From the NCBI GenBank assembly GCA_964599625.1, contig CAZRGC010000005.1:10462-74461 (forward strand): a stretch of DNA of 64,000 nucleotides, given 5' to 3'. Under the pieces are notes generated by a model that saw only the letters and a list, made by a program, of their open reading frames with translations, ran no database searches and was not told the origin of the DNA. The position numbers and the translations under genes are program-made. The DNA comes from an uncultured Gammaproteobacteria bacterium. GTDB lineage: Bacteria > Patescibacteriota > Microgenomatia > UBA8517. Shown piece after piece: positions 54,834 to 64,000 of this stretch (positions are counted from its first letter, which is position 1; every line of letters starts with the position of its first letter).

Positions 54834-55279
54834 ACATCTTCAACTACTTTGGAAATTACCGTTTCTTCTTCTGGTAAAAAATCCGACAGAACATACTCCT
54901 CTCCTTTGGTTCTGTTTTCAGAAGTCCGATTGTCCACCCCCACTCTCACATGCCAAAAGTCTTTGGTTCCAAGCTTTTGGTAAATATCACTTAGCCCATT
55001 GTGGACCTTAGGACCTTTACCAAATTGGATTTTGTAGTCACCAAGCCTAATGTCTAAGTCGTCATGAACTATATATATGTCACTAGATTCAAGTTTATAA
55101 TTTCCCTTTATCCTCAACACAAACGACCCGGAGTCGTTCATGAATGTATCCGACATTTTTAACACAACTCCTTTGAAGTTTTTCTTTTGAAGCTGCTCAA
55201 CCACTCTGTGGCCAATATTGTGCCTGTTGTTTTTGTACTTCTCTCCTGGATTACCAAGCCCGATTACTGCTTTCATCAA
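54812..55279 (-). CDS. pth: peptidyl-tRNA hydrolase
   Basis: GLGNPGEKYKNNRHNIG N-terminal motif; HNG; 155 aa. Confidence 0.85.
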   Translation of the reverse strand: MMKAVIGLGNPGEKYKNNRHNIGHRVVEQLQKKNFKGVVLKMSDTFMNDSGSFVLRIKGNYKLESSDIYIVHDDLDIRLGDYKIQFGKGPKVHNGLSDIYQKLGTKDFWHVRVGVDNRTSENRTKGEEYVLSDFLPEEETVISKVVEDVCKKLEI

Positions 55280-55430
55280 AAATGATTATACAATACAAAC
55301 AAATCCGCAAATACGGAGAGAAATACTAAAATACACTTCACAGCAAAGCTGGAAAAAAGCTATTAAGCCTTTTCATACTGAAAGTGGAAGAAAGCCTCAG
55401 GCTTTCTTCAAGATACAGGCGGAAGAAGGA

Positions 55431-55754
55431 TTAAGCCTTCTTCATTATCTCTACTGCCAGTTTACCGATAAAAGGCACTTCCCACTTTTCACCTTGCCAA
55501 GCTTTGTAGGTCATAACCAGCCACAAAACCATACCCAATACAAATACCAAAGGTGTAAGCATAATAAGGAAAATTGTCAAAACCAAAACCCACTTAAGTA
55601 TGAATAGTGCAAGAAACACCACTATTGATTGGAATGCCCAAAATTTTACAAATTCGTCTTTTTCCAAAAGGATAAAAAGCACAGGTACAACCAAGGTGGG
55701 TCCCAAAAGTACACAAAGTGCTGCAGAGGTCTCTTTTTTAAGTCCTGTTGCCAT
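55431..55754 (-). CDS. small membrane protein (DUF4870-like)
   Basis: 3 TM helices, 107 aa. Confidence 0.5.
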   Translation of the reverse strand: MATGLKKETSAALCVLLGPTLVVPVLFILLEKDEFVKFWAFQSIVVFLALFILKWVLVLTIFLIMLTPLVFVLGMVLWLVMTYKAWQGEKWEVPFIGKLAVEIMKKA

Positions 55755-55933
55755 AAATTATCACCTTCTTTCCTTAAAATATCTTTTCATATCAACACAC
55801 CCCGGTCAATTGGTATTATTCCAGAACCTAAGAGGCACCAGGCGCAGTTCTGTGGAATGCCGTGCCTGCCGGCAGGCAGGAATTAGATTCTGGAATGTCA
55901 TACCCCGCGACAAAACACCTTCACAAGGAGTTG

Positions 55934-56323
55934 TTATTCGGTAGGACCGAGAAGTTGAGAATAAACATAACTTTCAAAATATCTTCCGAGGTGATCCAGC
56001 CTTCGTCTTGCTGCCTTTGGGCCGTTGATACCGCTGGACCCTGCAATTGCACCAGCAAGCGCCATCATACTCAGTTTTATCATCATCTCCCCCATTTCTG
56101 TACCGGCGGTCGAATTGATCGTATCCATCGATTGTTTAACCAGTACTCTGTTGCGCTCTGAAGATTGGAGAACCGCTTCATATACATCCGCGGGGATGGG
56201 CTCGTTCATAAATGTGTGATACATGGCTCTTATCTGACACTCTCGCGGAGTCTCCGTGTCATGTTTTACAGGTCTTTCGTAAAGAAAATCCCTTTCCATG
56301 CGGCAAGAGTACCACAAACCCAA
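55934..56323 (-). CDS. hypothetical protein (129 aa)
   Basis: ORF. Confidence 0.45.
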   Translation of the reverse strand: MGLWYSCRMERDFLYERPVKHDTETPRECQIRAMYHTFMNEPIPADVYEAVLQSSERNRVLVKQSMDTINSTAGTEMGEMMIKLSMMALAGAIAGSSGINGPKAARRRLDHLGRYFESYVYSQLLGPTE

Positions 56324-56366
56324 TTACACCACAACAAAACTCAAGAAACTATCTGTAACTTATATA

Positions 56367-57752
56367 TCAAATGAAGTAATTAAGTATTACTTTAAACGTA
56401 AAATAACCAAAAAAAGCAAACGACACAAGCATTGCACCAACTCTAAAAAGCGACGGTTTCACTTCTCTCTCCAAAACAGAAACGTTTAAAATCAGAGTGG
56501 CACCAATATGCACAAACATCGCAAGTGCATTTATCACAGCCGCTAGGGTCAAAAGAAATAAAGGTTCTCTAAAATTTGTTGTAAAAATTATTATGCCAAG
56601 CAATATTTGCGCCCACAAAAAAGAATAGTAAATTTTGGGGAGCAGGTTGCTTCCCCACACATGTCTTTTAAGTATCAACAAATTTTCTGCCATGATTCTA
56701 CTGGTGGCGTCCATCACTGTCATCTGTGTCGAGAAAAGCATCAACCCTCCAATCACCAAAAAGAATGTTCCGATCATAGGCGACGAAAGTCTTGCTATGG
56801 CTTCGGCTTCACTTAAAACAAAAGTTAGACCTGAGGTGTTCCCTTTTGTTGTGGTTGCAAACGCCAAAAGTCCCAAAAAACAAATCGACAAAGCCCCGGT
56901 TGCCCAAAAAACAATTGCATGCTCCCAATTAATAAGCTTCCACCATTTTTTGAATTTTTGTACATTTTCACCCGTCATTGGGAACTTACTGCCTTCAAGT
57001 TCTATACTCTCCACCTCCTCAGACAGAATACTCGTGATTCTTCCCCCGTATTTACCCATCCCGTATCCTTTTTCTTTGATATAAAACGACTGGGCAAGAT
57101 TCAAGTTTCCCCCAGCGCCAGAAAAGGCAAACGCGGCCAAAAAAGATGCCAAAGGAATGTCTTTGGGTAGAAATCTATACCCATCACCAAATCCTGCAAG
57201 ACCATTCAAAAGCGCTTGCCAGTGTAAAGGCTCCGCAAGGTGTACAGCCAATCCAAAAATCGCCGGCACGCCAAGTCCTATTAGAAGCATCGAAAACTTT
57301 TCCATTGTTTTATATAAAACTTTCCCGGCAGTAAGAATCAAACCCATCAAAACAAGCATCCCCATCGCAACAAAGTGGCTTTCGGAAAAACCAAACGCTT
57401 TTGAAATCAACACAGCTGAAGAAGCAACAATGCCCGGCCAAACGAAACCGATAAAAGTAGAAACTATAAACCAAACAGGAGCCCACCCAACCTTTCGTGC
57501 AAAACCGACAAAAATACTTTCACCGCGCAAAAGCGAATAACGTTCAATTTCCATATTTATAAAAAACTGAAGTGTAATCCCGAGAACCGCCCCCCAGATT
57601 ATTCCCATTCCAAAGTTTGACGTAAGATAAGGCCAAAGGATTATCTCCCCGCTTCCAAGTCCCAAACCAAGAAGAATAAAAGACGGCCCTAAAAGCGAGG
57701 TAAACTTTGGCGGAGAAGGCATTTGAGCGATTTTGTGATCTTTAAGTGGCAT
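56367..57752 (-). CDS. NRAMP/SLC11-like divalent metal transporter (divergent, lacks canonical DPGN)
   Basis: 11-12 TM, N-terminal GPSFILLGLGLGSGEI resembling NRAMP motif 1. Confidence 0.45.
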   Translation of the reverse strand: MPLKDHKIAQMPSPPKFTSLLGPSFILLGLGLGSGEIILWPYLTSNFGMGIIWGAVLGITLQFFINMEIERYSLLRGESIFVGFARKVGWAPVWFIVSTFIGFVWPGIVASSAVLISKAFGFSESHFVAMGMLVLMGLILTAGKVLYKTMEKFSMLLIGLGVPAIFGLAVHLAEPLHWQALLNGLAGFGDGYRFLPKDIPLASFLAAFAFSGAGGNLNLAQSFYIKEKGYGMGKYGGRITSILSEEVESIELEGSKFPMTGENVQKFKKWWKLINWEHAIVFWATGALSICFLGLLAFATTTKGNTSGLTFVLSEAEAIARLSSPMIGTFFLVIGGLMLFSTQMTVMDATSRIMAENLLILKRHVWGSNLLPKIYYSFLWAQILLGIIIFTTNFREPLFLLTLAAVINALAMFVHIGATLILNVSVLEREVKPSLFRVGAMLVSFAFFGYFTFKVILNYFI

Positions 57753-59456
57753 CTATTTCTTTTGTAGAGACATTATAGACTTAAGCTCCTTAAGGGTTGT
57801 CACGTCACCGGAAGATTTATCGTCTCTAAATTTAATAAGCCTTGGAAAACGCAAAGCATACCCGGATGTGTGATTAGGGCTAACTGTTATTTCATCTGCC
57901 GCCAGTTCAACAACTACTTTAGGTCTAACCCATCGGTCAGGAGTAAGAATTTTGCTGACTTCATAATCTTTCGGCATTGTGCCAAGTTCGATCTTGGATA
58001 ATCTTGTATTTAATTCTCTAAACTGTTCATCTGTCAATCCGGTTCCCACTTTTGTTACAGATTTAAACGACTCACCATCTTTTATTCCCGCAAGGAATTG
58101 GCCTACTCCAAACCCGGCCCGCTTACCTTTTCCGGCTGTATAACCCATTATCACACAGTCAACAGTATCCGAAAGTTTGCCGGTCCTCCCTTCTTCTTCT
58201 TTCATCTTCACCCAATTCCAACCCGTCCTGCCGCTTACATACAAACCTTCTGACTTCTTAACAACTACACCCTCAAGGTTCATTGATAAATATTTCAAAT
58301 GAAGCTCCCTTATAACCTCGGGGTCTTGGGTGACAGTATTTTCATCAACCCTAAGAAGTCTCCCATTCACTATGATTTTTTTGAGGTCTTCTCTCCGCTT
58401 TAAATACGGAGTATCCATATAGCTTTTTCCGTCAGCATAAATTATGTCAAAAACTTGAAACTGAAGCGGTATTTCTTCTGCGTTTTTTTGAATATCATGT
58501 TTTCTTCTCCTTTGAATAGTTTTTTGGAAATCAAGAAATTTTTCTCTTTTTTCATCAATACCAATCGCTTCAGTGTCCAAAATTACTTCCTCGGCTTTTA
58601 TAAAATCACCAACCTCTTTTAGTTCCGGGAAAGTGGATACGTCTATTGAATTCATGTTTCTGGTGAATATTTTCAGAAACTTGTCTTTCTTTCGGTAATG
58701 GATAAATATGCGAAGCCCGTCAAATTTGGGTTCCACAGAAACCACGCCCATTTTTTTGACCATTTCGGTTGCCGAGTTTAGACGCTGTGCAAGCATTGGC
58801 ACAACAGGAACACCCAAAGTCGGCTTTGCGTTTTTCAGCTGTTTTTCTTTTACAAGGCGCGAAATGTAACCAATATCAGGTCTTATATTGTAAGCACTTT
58901 CAATATCCGAAGCTTTAACACCTGAAGCCTGAGCCAAAGCATCGATAACTGTCTTTTCCGAAAATCCCAACCGGAGATTGCCGATTGGAAACCTGGAAAC
59001 AAATCTGACACTTCGGGAATCCAAAGATTTCAAAAGCTCCGCAAGTTTTTCCACTTTCCTGTCCTGGCTCCCTTCCCCATTGTCTCCCGCCACAGACAGA
59101 AGAGTTTCAAACACTTGTGTGACAGACAGTTTTTTTGACCCTTCGGACTTACTCGCAAATTTTTCCGCCACTACTCCGATGTCTCCCGACTTTTTGTAAT
59201 CTGTTTTAACTTCATCCTCGTCTACGCCGTAAGCCAAAGCAACAACTCTCACCATCATTTTTTCGGCCAAGTTCAAAAGCACGCCTTCATAGTTAGGTGC
59301 CAAAGTCCCCAGGCTCAAAAAAATTATTTTGTCTATTTCTTTGGAATCTGAGTCTTTTATTAACCTTGCAAGAATATCTGTTATCTCAAGACGTTTTGTG
59401 GTTTTTTCCAGTTCAGACAAATAAATGGAAAGATCCTTAAAATCCATAGCACTCAT
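57753..59456 (-). CDS. ATP-dependent DNA ligase
   Basis: motif I KFDGLR, motif III ILDTEAI, motif IV DGKSY, motif V EGVVVKK; 567 aa. Confidence 0.85.
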   Translation of the reverse strand: MSAMDFKDLSIYLSELEKTTKRLEITDILARLIKDSDSKEIDKIIFLSLGTLAPNYEGVLLNLAEKMMVRVVALAYGVDEDEVKTDYKKSGDIGVVAEKFASKSEGSKKLSVTQVFETLLSVAGDNGEGSQDRKVEKLAELLKSLDSRSVRFVSRFPIGNLRLGFSEKTVIDALAQASGVKASDIESAYNIRPDIGYISRLVKEKQLKNAKPTLGVPVVPMLAQRLNSATEMVKKMGVVSVEPKFDGLRIFIHYRKKDKFLKIFTRNMNSIDVSTFPELKEVGDFIKAEEVILDTEAIGIDEKREKFLDFQKTIQRRRKHDIQKNAEEIPLQFQVFDIIYADGKSYMDTPYLKRREDLKKIIVNGRLLRVDENTVTQDPEVIRELHLKYLSMNLEGVVVKKSEGLYVSGRTGWNWVKMKEEEGRTGKLSDTVDCVIMGYTAGKGKRAGFGVGQFLAGIKDGESFKSVTKVGTGLTDEQFRELNTRLSKIELGTMPKDYEVSKILTPDRWVRPKVVVELAADEITVSPNHTSGYALRFPRLIKFRDDKSSGDVTTLKELKSIMSLQKK

Positions 59457-59471
59457 TATATATCAGGATGC

Positions 59472-59681
59472 TTAAATAGTTTTTGGCGTAGAAAGATATG
59501 AAGAAAAGAAGAAGTAGGCAAAAATAACAGAACCAATAAACATAAGGCCAAATATGACTGACAAAATTCCGTTCCATTCTTCATGGGCAATCTTATTCAA
59601 ACCTTCACCCAAGAGTGTTAACCCGAAAAGTGTCGGCAAAACTAAAATCATATACAGAAACTGTGGGTCAGTTGTGCTCAT
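59472..59681 (-). CDS. small membrane protein (69 aa)
   Basis: 2 TM helices. Confidence 0.4.
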   Translation of the reverse strand: MSTTDPQFLYMILVLPTLFGLTLLGEGLNKIAHEEWNGILSVIFGLMFIGSVIFAYFFFSSYLSTPKTI

Positions 59682-60742
59682 TTATTGGCAATCACGTACT
59701 TGGACGCTTTCGTACTCCCTTGCTTTTTTAGTATACCCTTTCCCAGAAGATCTCGTAGCTCCCTAAGTATGGTGTCTTCAGATACCATCGACAAAACTTT
59801 TTTAAGTTCTGCCATTCCTCCTGAACCCTGGTCAGAAATATACTCAATCAACCTCATTTGCCTCTCGTTCAAAGCCACTTGTTCACCAATTTTAACTTTG
59901 AGACGGCTGTCTACTGAGAGTTTTCTGACTTTGTCTTTTATTTTTTCTAGTTCAGCCGCAACAACCACAGTAAAATATTCTAACCATGGTGTAATGTCAC
60001 GGTTACCCAAGTTTGGAGATTGCTTATCCACCTGAGACAGGGAATCATAATAAGCAGCAGGGTCCTCGTCAAAGTGTTCCTCCAAGGAAAAAAATTTTTT
60101 GATATCGTAGCCTTCGCGCATCAAGACCAAAGATGAAAACGCACGCACAGTACGCCCGTTACCCTCAACAAACGGGTGTATTGCCACCAAAATATAATGC
60201 GCAATCCCTGCTCGGATTACGGGGTGAATTTCCCGCGCGGCTGCATCGTTTAGCCATTCCAAGAAGTCCTCAAGCAAATACGGCACCTCAATTGCGGGAG
60301 GGGGTGAAAATATAACTGCCCCGGTACCCTCTTCTTTTATGACAACTTCAGTGTTTCGGAATACACCTACTTTTTCGGGAACTATTATTTTATCAACCGT
60401 AACTCTGTGGATGTCCTTAAGCATCTCAAGCTCATACCCACCTCTTTTGGAAACAAGCTCGTCCAAGAGTGTTGTGACATTTCTGTAGTTCACAACTTCC
60501 TGAATATCTCTCGCCCTTGCGTACACTTCCGCGCCTTCCAAAATCTTTTTAGTCTGATAAAGTGTCAAGTCGTTCCCCTCTATGTGTGTTCCGTGATGAA
60601 CTGTTCTGAGTGTTGCATCAGTCTGAAATTGTTTTTCAAAAGAGGGTACGAGCGGGGCGTTTTCAATTACCTCTTTTGAGGCTTCAATAGAACCAACATT
60701 TTTAAGAATTTTATTGGAAATTATAAATTTTGGAGCATACAT
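59678..60742 (-). CDS. Fic/DOC family protein
   Basis: Fic motif HPFVEGNGRTVRA; C-terminal wHTH-like region. Confidence 0.85.
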   Translation of the reverse strand: MYAPKFIISNKILKNVGSIEASKEVIENAPLVPSFEKQFQTDATLRTVHHGTHIEGNDLTLYQTKKILEGAEVYARARDIQEVVNYRNVTTLLDELVSKRGGYELEMLKDIHRVTVDKIIVPEKVGVFRNTEVVIKEEGTGAVIFSPPPAIEVPYLLEDFLEWLNDAAAREIHPVIRAGIAHYILVAIHPFVEGNGRTVRAFSSLVLMREGYDIKKFFSLEEHFDEDPAAYYDSLSQVDKQSPNLGNRDITPWLEYFTVVVAAELEKIKDKVRKLSVDSRLKVKIGEQVALNERQMRLIEYISDQGSGGMAELKKVLSMVSEDTILRELRDLLGKGILKKQGSTKASKYVIANK

Positions 60743-60788
60743 GTTTAAGTTATATTAACGCACATTTTGCGGAGAAAACAAGGAGTTT

Positions 60789-61445
60789 TTATTTTCTCAG
60801 TTTGTCTTTAATTTTTTCCAAAATTCCCCTGTTTGGGTAAAAATTACTCAACCATCTTTTTTCTATTCTATTTTTAATACCGATAGGTAACATGAGGCCC
60901 ATTACTTCATATTTATAACGAGGCCTGACTACATAACCTTCGACGCCGGAGTATTTATATCTCTTCACTCCGGGAAACACTTCCGGAGTATCAGGGTCTG
61001 TATACAAAAAACTGTGCTCAGGGAACCAATAGAGTCCTGGATGTTTGGAGTCTACTGATTTTGGCATAACTAATGCGTTTAAATGTGTTAGAACAAATGT
61101 AATACCTGGTTCAGATTCCGCCCGCTTGTTCACAAGCATAACAGTCTTGTCTCCTTCGGGTGTATTTGTAAAATCTGCGAAAGATACATTTCTCCAATAT
61201 GAGTTCTTTTCACTTAATAGTAGTAAGGGCTCTTGAAGGTTATCGGTAAAAAATGCGATTTGTCCCTGTGATAAATCCCCCCACCCAACTTTTTGACCGC
61301 TTATATTGTACAAACCTTCATTCTTAAACACTTGTTCGGGCCCTGGCAATCTTTGTCCATCTCTGAAACCTAGTGACTGGAGATATTCCCAAGTGACTTG
61401 AGATTGAGTTCCAGAAATATCAGGCTGATGGCTTTTTTCACTCAT
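60789..61445 (-). CDS. hypothetical protein (218 aa)
   Basis: ORF. Confidence 0.5.
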   Translation of the reverse strand: MSEKSHQPDISGTQSQVTWEYLQSLGFRDGQRLPGPEQVFKNEGLYNISGQKVGWGDLSQGQIAFFTDNLQEPLLLLSEKNSYWRNVSFADFTNTPEGDKTVMLVNKRAESEPGITFVLTHLNALVMPKSVDSKHPGLYWFPEHSFLYTDPDTPEVFPGVKRYKYSGVEGYVVRPRYKYEVMGLMLPIGIKNRIEKRWLSNFYPNRGILEKIKDKLRK

Positions 61446-61447
61446 TA

Positions 61448-62290
61448 TTATTCTTTACTTAACTCCCAAAAAGTGTTTGCCACCCTACTGGACAGGTCAT
61501 CGGAATTATAAAAAGGGCCAACCTCATCAAACAATTTTTCTGCAGTTTTTTTGATGACATAAGATGCGGTAGCCGCTGATATATCAGCATCGTTTTTAGC
61601 AAAAAGTGCCACAACAAGTCCTGCCAGCGTGTCTCCCGTTCCTCCTTTGGATAAACCCGCGTTTCCGCCTTCAACCACAACAACACGTCCGCCTGAATAA
61701 ACCTTATCCGTGATATCTTTCAACAGTATTGTGCAATTAAGCGATTTGCTCACTTCTTTGGGGTCTTTGCTACCAAAAAGTATTTTATATTCACTTTGAT
61801 TTGGGGTTATTATTGATCCTTCGGGAATTGACGAGCCCTTGATGACCTGCAAACTGCCTGCGTCTATAACCCACTTCTTTTGGGGAAACCTCTTCAAAAG
61901 CTTGATTGTAACATCATAAGTCAGCTCCGAAGCTTCGTCTTTTGTTTCAGGATTTTGGTTCTCATTTTTTTCCGTTCTATACCGCATTAGTCCGGGGCCA
62001 ATAAGAACAGCGTCTGACTTTTCTATATAATCACCGACCTCATCCCAAGGAACCCATATAAAAGCAGATAGTCGCGACTTTATTTGAGCAGCAACCAATT
62101 CCATTGTTTTTTCAGGAGAGGCAAAAAAAACCATATCATTAACACGCGAAGATGCTGTTAGAGAAAATATAGGCGCTCCATGAAACAACGAAGACCCACC
62201 TATTATTGTTACTTGTCCGTTTTTTGACCTGCCGAGTGGTCTGAAGAGTTTTTTTATTTCTTTAGGATCAAATCTGGATTCGCTATCCAT
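61448..62290 (-). CDS. nnrD: ADP-dependent NAD(P)H-hydrate dehydratase (YjeF C-terminal/carbohydrate kinase fold)
   Basis: GGTGDTLAGLVVALFAKN signature; 280 aa. Confidence 0.8.
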   Translation of the reverse strand: MDSESRFDPKEIKKLFRPLGRSKNGQVTIIGGSSLFHGAPIFSLTASSRVNDMVFFASPEKTMELVAAQIKSRLSAFIWVPWDEVGDYIEKSDAVLIGPGLMRYRTEKNENQNPETKDEASELTYDVTIKLLKRFPQKKWVIDAGSLQVIKGSSIPEGSIITPNQSEYKILFGSKDPKEVSKSLNCTILLKDITDKVYSGGRVVVVEGGNAGLSKGGTGDTLAGLVVALFAKNDADISAATASYVIKKTAEKLFDEVGPFYNSDDLSSRVANTFWELSKE

Positions 62291-62328
62291 ACTTTGGTAT
62301 TATACTCAAGAAACTTAGTTTCGAGTAC

Positions 62329-62601
62329 ATGGCCAAAAAACCTGCAAAAAAAATCAGTCACGTTCAGAATTTTAGAAAAGAAGTGCTTGGACAAATGTTA
62401 AAACTTTCAACAAGCGGCTTTGGACTTGTAGCCGCTCTGGCATGGAACGAACTCATCAAAGAAATAGTAGCTGTTTATGTTAAGCCAATAGTGGGCGGCG
62501 CTTCAGGGGCCGTATCTCTTTTGATATATGCAGTTCTCGTTACATTTTTGGCAGTATTTGTCACCTACAACCTTTCACAACTCACAAAAAAAGATAAATA
62601 A
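62329..62601 (+). CDS. small membrane protein (90 aa)
   Basis: 2 TM helices. Confidence 0.45.
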   Translation: MAKKPAKKISHVQNFRKEVLGQMLKLSTSGFGLVAALAWNELIKEIVAVYVKPIVGGASGAVSLLIYAVLVTFLAVFVTYNLSQLTKKDK

Positions 62602-62603
62602 GA

Positions 62604-63032
62604 ATGTTTAGAGTCGAAGATCTTTTGAAAGTGCCCGACTTTGAATTCAGAGCAAATGAGTTTATAAAAAAGGTCGAAAGACTGGCCGGAATATTCCCCA
62701 ACGTCTACGCAGTTGCCCGCAATAAAACTCTCAAAGAACTCGAATCAGGACCAACAAATATTGCCTGGATGGACAAAGAGTATCCAGAATTTTCCAAAGC
62801 AGAAAGACAAAGAGACAGGGAAAACGAAATTGAGTCAAGCTACATGAACGTAGTGGGAATACAAGTTGGATCGGAATATAGAAAAGAGTTGGCGGAATTT
62901 ATACGTACAGTAGATGGTATAGCAAAAGAGATGATGGCTAGAAAACAGCAGTCAAAAAGAATCTCCGACCATGGAGTTGATTCGGGCTACACTTTCAGAT
63001 ACGAAGGCGAATTGTGGTACGACTTTGACTAG
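62604..63032 (+). CDS. hypothetical protein (142 aa)
   Basis: ORF. Confidence 0.45.
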   Translation: MFRVEDLLKVPDFEFRANEFIKKVERLAGIFPNVYAVARNKTLKELESGPTNIAWMDKEYPEFSKAERQRDRENEIESSYMNVVGIQVGSEYRKELAEFIRTVDGIAKEMMARKQQSKRISDHGVDSGYTFRYEGELWYDFD

Positions 63033-63319
63033 TTGCCTTGAGACCCCCCAATTGGAGGATTCTCATCTCCACCAGCTTTTTCCCAAGCACGCCTCATGCT
63101 TCTAACGTCAACTTTATGAAAAGCGCTTACGGCAGCTTGCTTCAAAAGTTCCTCGCGCTCAGAATAAGGTACAAAATAATGCCCAGATTTAGTCTTTTGT
63201 TCACCTTCGCGCCTTGCCTGTTCCAAATATTCCAGGTATCTTTCTTGAACATCGGCTCCAGCGCCCTGCAATAGAATCTCAAAGCTCTTCTGTTCACTGC
63301 TTTTTTCCGTCATTGCCAT
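63029..63319 (-). CDS. hypothetical protein (96 aa)
   Basis: ORF. Confidence 0.4.
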   Translation of the reverse strand: MAMTEKSSEQKSFEILLQGAGADVQERYLEYLEQARREGEQKTKSGHYFVPYSEREELLKQAAVSAFHKVDVRSMRRAWEKAGGDENPPIGGSQGN

Positions 63320-63325
63320 ATGATA

Positions 63326-64000
63326 TTACCCCAGATTTATTTTTTCCACTTTTATATCGCTATCCACAAAATGTTCGTCAGCTGTGGTGATAACTGTTTG
63401 CTGTCTTTTGGCTAGGTCAAAAACATCTTTGCGGTGCAAATGATCCAATTCCGAAAATATATCGTCCAAAAGCAGAGTGGGACGCAAACCGCTCTGGGAT
63501 TCTATAAAGTTAAGTTCCGATAGCTTAAGCCACAAAACTCCCATCCTTTGCTCGCCCCGGCTACCAAAAGAGGCTAAATTACGCTCCCCGTCGAAAAACA
63601 CAAAATCGTCCCTATGTGGGCCGACCAATGTAGTTGCCGCCGCGATTTCTTCGTTTTTGTATTTTTCCAAACGAGTTTCAGAAATAACTGAATTTTCGTA
63701 CAAAAGTCTCAACTTCTGACCGTTTGGTGCAGGTTCAATGTTGGCAAAATCAATAAATTCATTTCTTTTTCGGGTAATATAATTACCGTTTTTAATGAGA
63801 AGTTGATTCCAAAATAAGAGTTGCGACCGACTAACCCCCTCCTCCCTGATGCGTAACAAGAGTTTATTCCTTTGTCTTAGTCCTTTTTCATATGACAAAA
63901 TACATCTTCTATATTCCCTATCTACCTGGCCCAAAACGTTATCCAAAAATTTTCTCCTGAGCGAAGGCGCCTCCGTTACCAAGTCCATATCCCAAGGCCC
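63326..64000 (-). CDS. recF: DNA replication/repair protein RecF, C-terminal part (gene continues beyond window end)
   Basis: signature/Walker B region TLLLDDIFSELD, FLDNVLGQ; reading frame open to window edge; Walker A expected upstream is missing. Confidence 0.75.
   Translation of the reverse strand, partial: GPWDMDLVTEAPSLRRKFLDNVLGQVDREYRRCILSYEKGLRQRNKLLLRIREEGVSRSQLLFWNQLLIKNGNYITRKRNEFIDFANIEPAPNGQKLRLLYENSVISETRLEKYKNEEIAAATTLVGPHRDDFVFFDGERNLASFGSRGEQRMGVLWLKLSELNFIESQSGLRPTLLLDDIFSELDHLHRKDVFDLAKRQQTVITTADEHFVDSDIKVEKINLG

Noticed and set aside
55805-55900. SRP (4.5S) RNA or 6S RNA identity for the GC-rich structured element
   Set aside because: I could not find the conserved SRP domain IV (GGAA...AGCAG) or 6S features by eye. 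It is kept only as an unclassified structured element.
1-64000. CRISPR arrays, integrases, transposases, rRNA
   Set aside because: No regularly spaced direct repeats, no recombinase or transposase motifs, and no rRNA-like sequence were seen. The short repeats found are terminator hairpins, promoter duplicates and tRNA 3' end copies.

Overview
The window is an AT-rich, gene-dense bacterial chromosome segment. Short operons, many lineage-specific small proteins and a large type IV pilus cluster suggest a Patescibacteria/CPR-like organism (inference). No rRNA, CRISPR array, integrase or transposase was found.

Recognisable content:
- two NUDIX hydrolases
- an M50 site-2 protease
- a P-loop kinase with a native His-rich tail
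- a class I methyltransferase
- tRNA-Glu, tRNA-Lys and tRNA-Gln
- arginase-family plus membrane-fused spermidine synthase (polyamine synthesis)
- nicotinate phosphoribosyltransferase
- a TrmH-family RNA methyltransferase
- a type IV pilus cluster: pilin, pseudopilins, a 793-aa pilin-like giant, PilC, PilB
- an HD hydrolase and a DsbA-like oxidoreductase
- a TrxA / Pro-Ala-rich protein / TrxB operon
- a copper homeostasis island: CsoR, CopA, CopZ, YcnI, a cupredoxin-like membrane fusion
- glutamate dehydrogenase, an alkyltransferase-like protein, peptidyl-tRNA hydrolase, an NRAMP-like transporter, ATP-dependent DNA ligase, a Fic protein, NAD(P)H-hydrate dehydratase, and a 3'-truncated RecF

The most interesting locus is a minus-strand operon at 9342-13988. 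It encodes a beta-grasp ubiquitin-like protein ending GG-RK, a minimal ThiF/E1, a JAB/MPN metallopeptidase, a protein whose C-terminus carries a UBC/E2-like active-site signature, a Rieske-type oxygenase, and an unknown 290-aa protein. This is either a Bil/Bub-type ubiquitin-like conjugation system or a sulfur-carrier-protein biosynthetic pathway.

Other notable features:
- two tandem RadC-like JAB paralogs
- two separate three-member paralog families, each member with its own terminator
- att-like duplications of the 3' ends of tRNA-Lys and tRNA-Gln
- a duplicated 25-nt promoter module
- a C8-A-G6 operator-like palindrome in the csoR promoter
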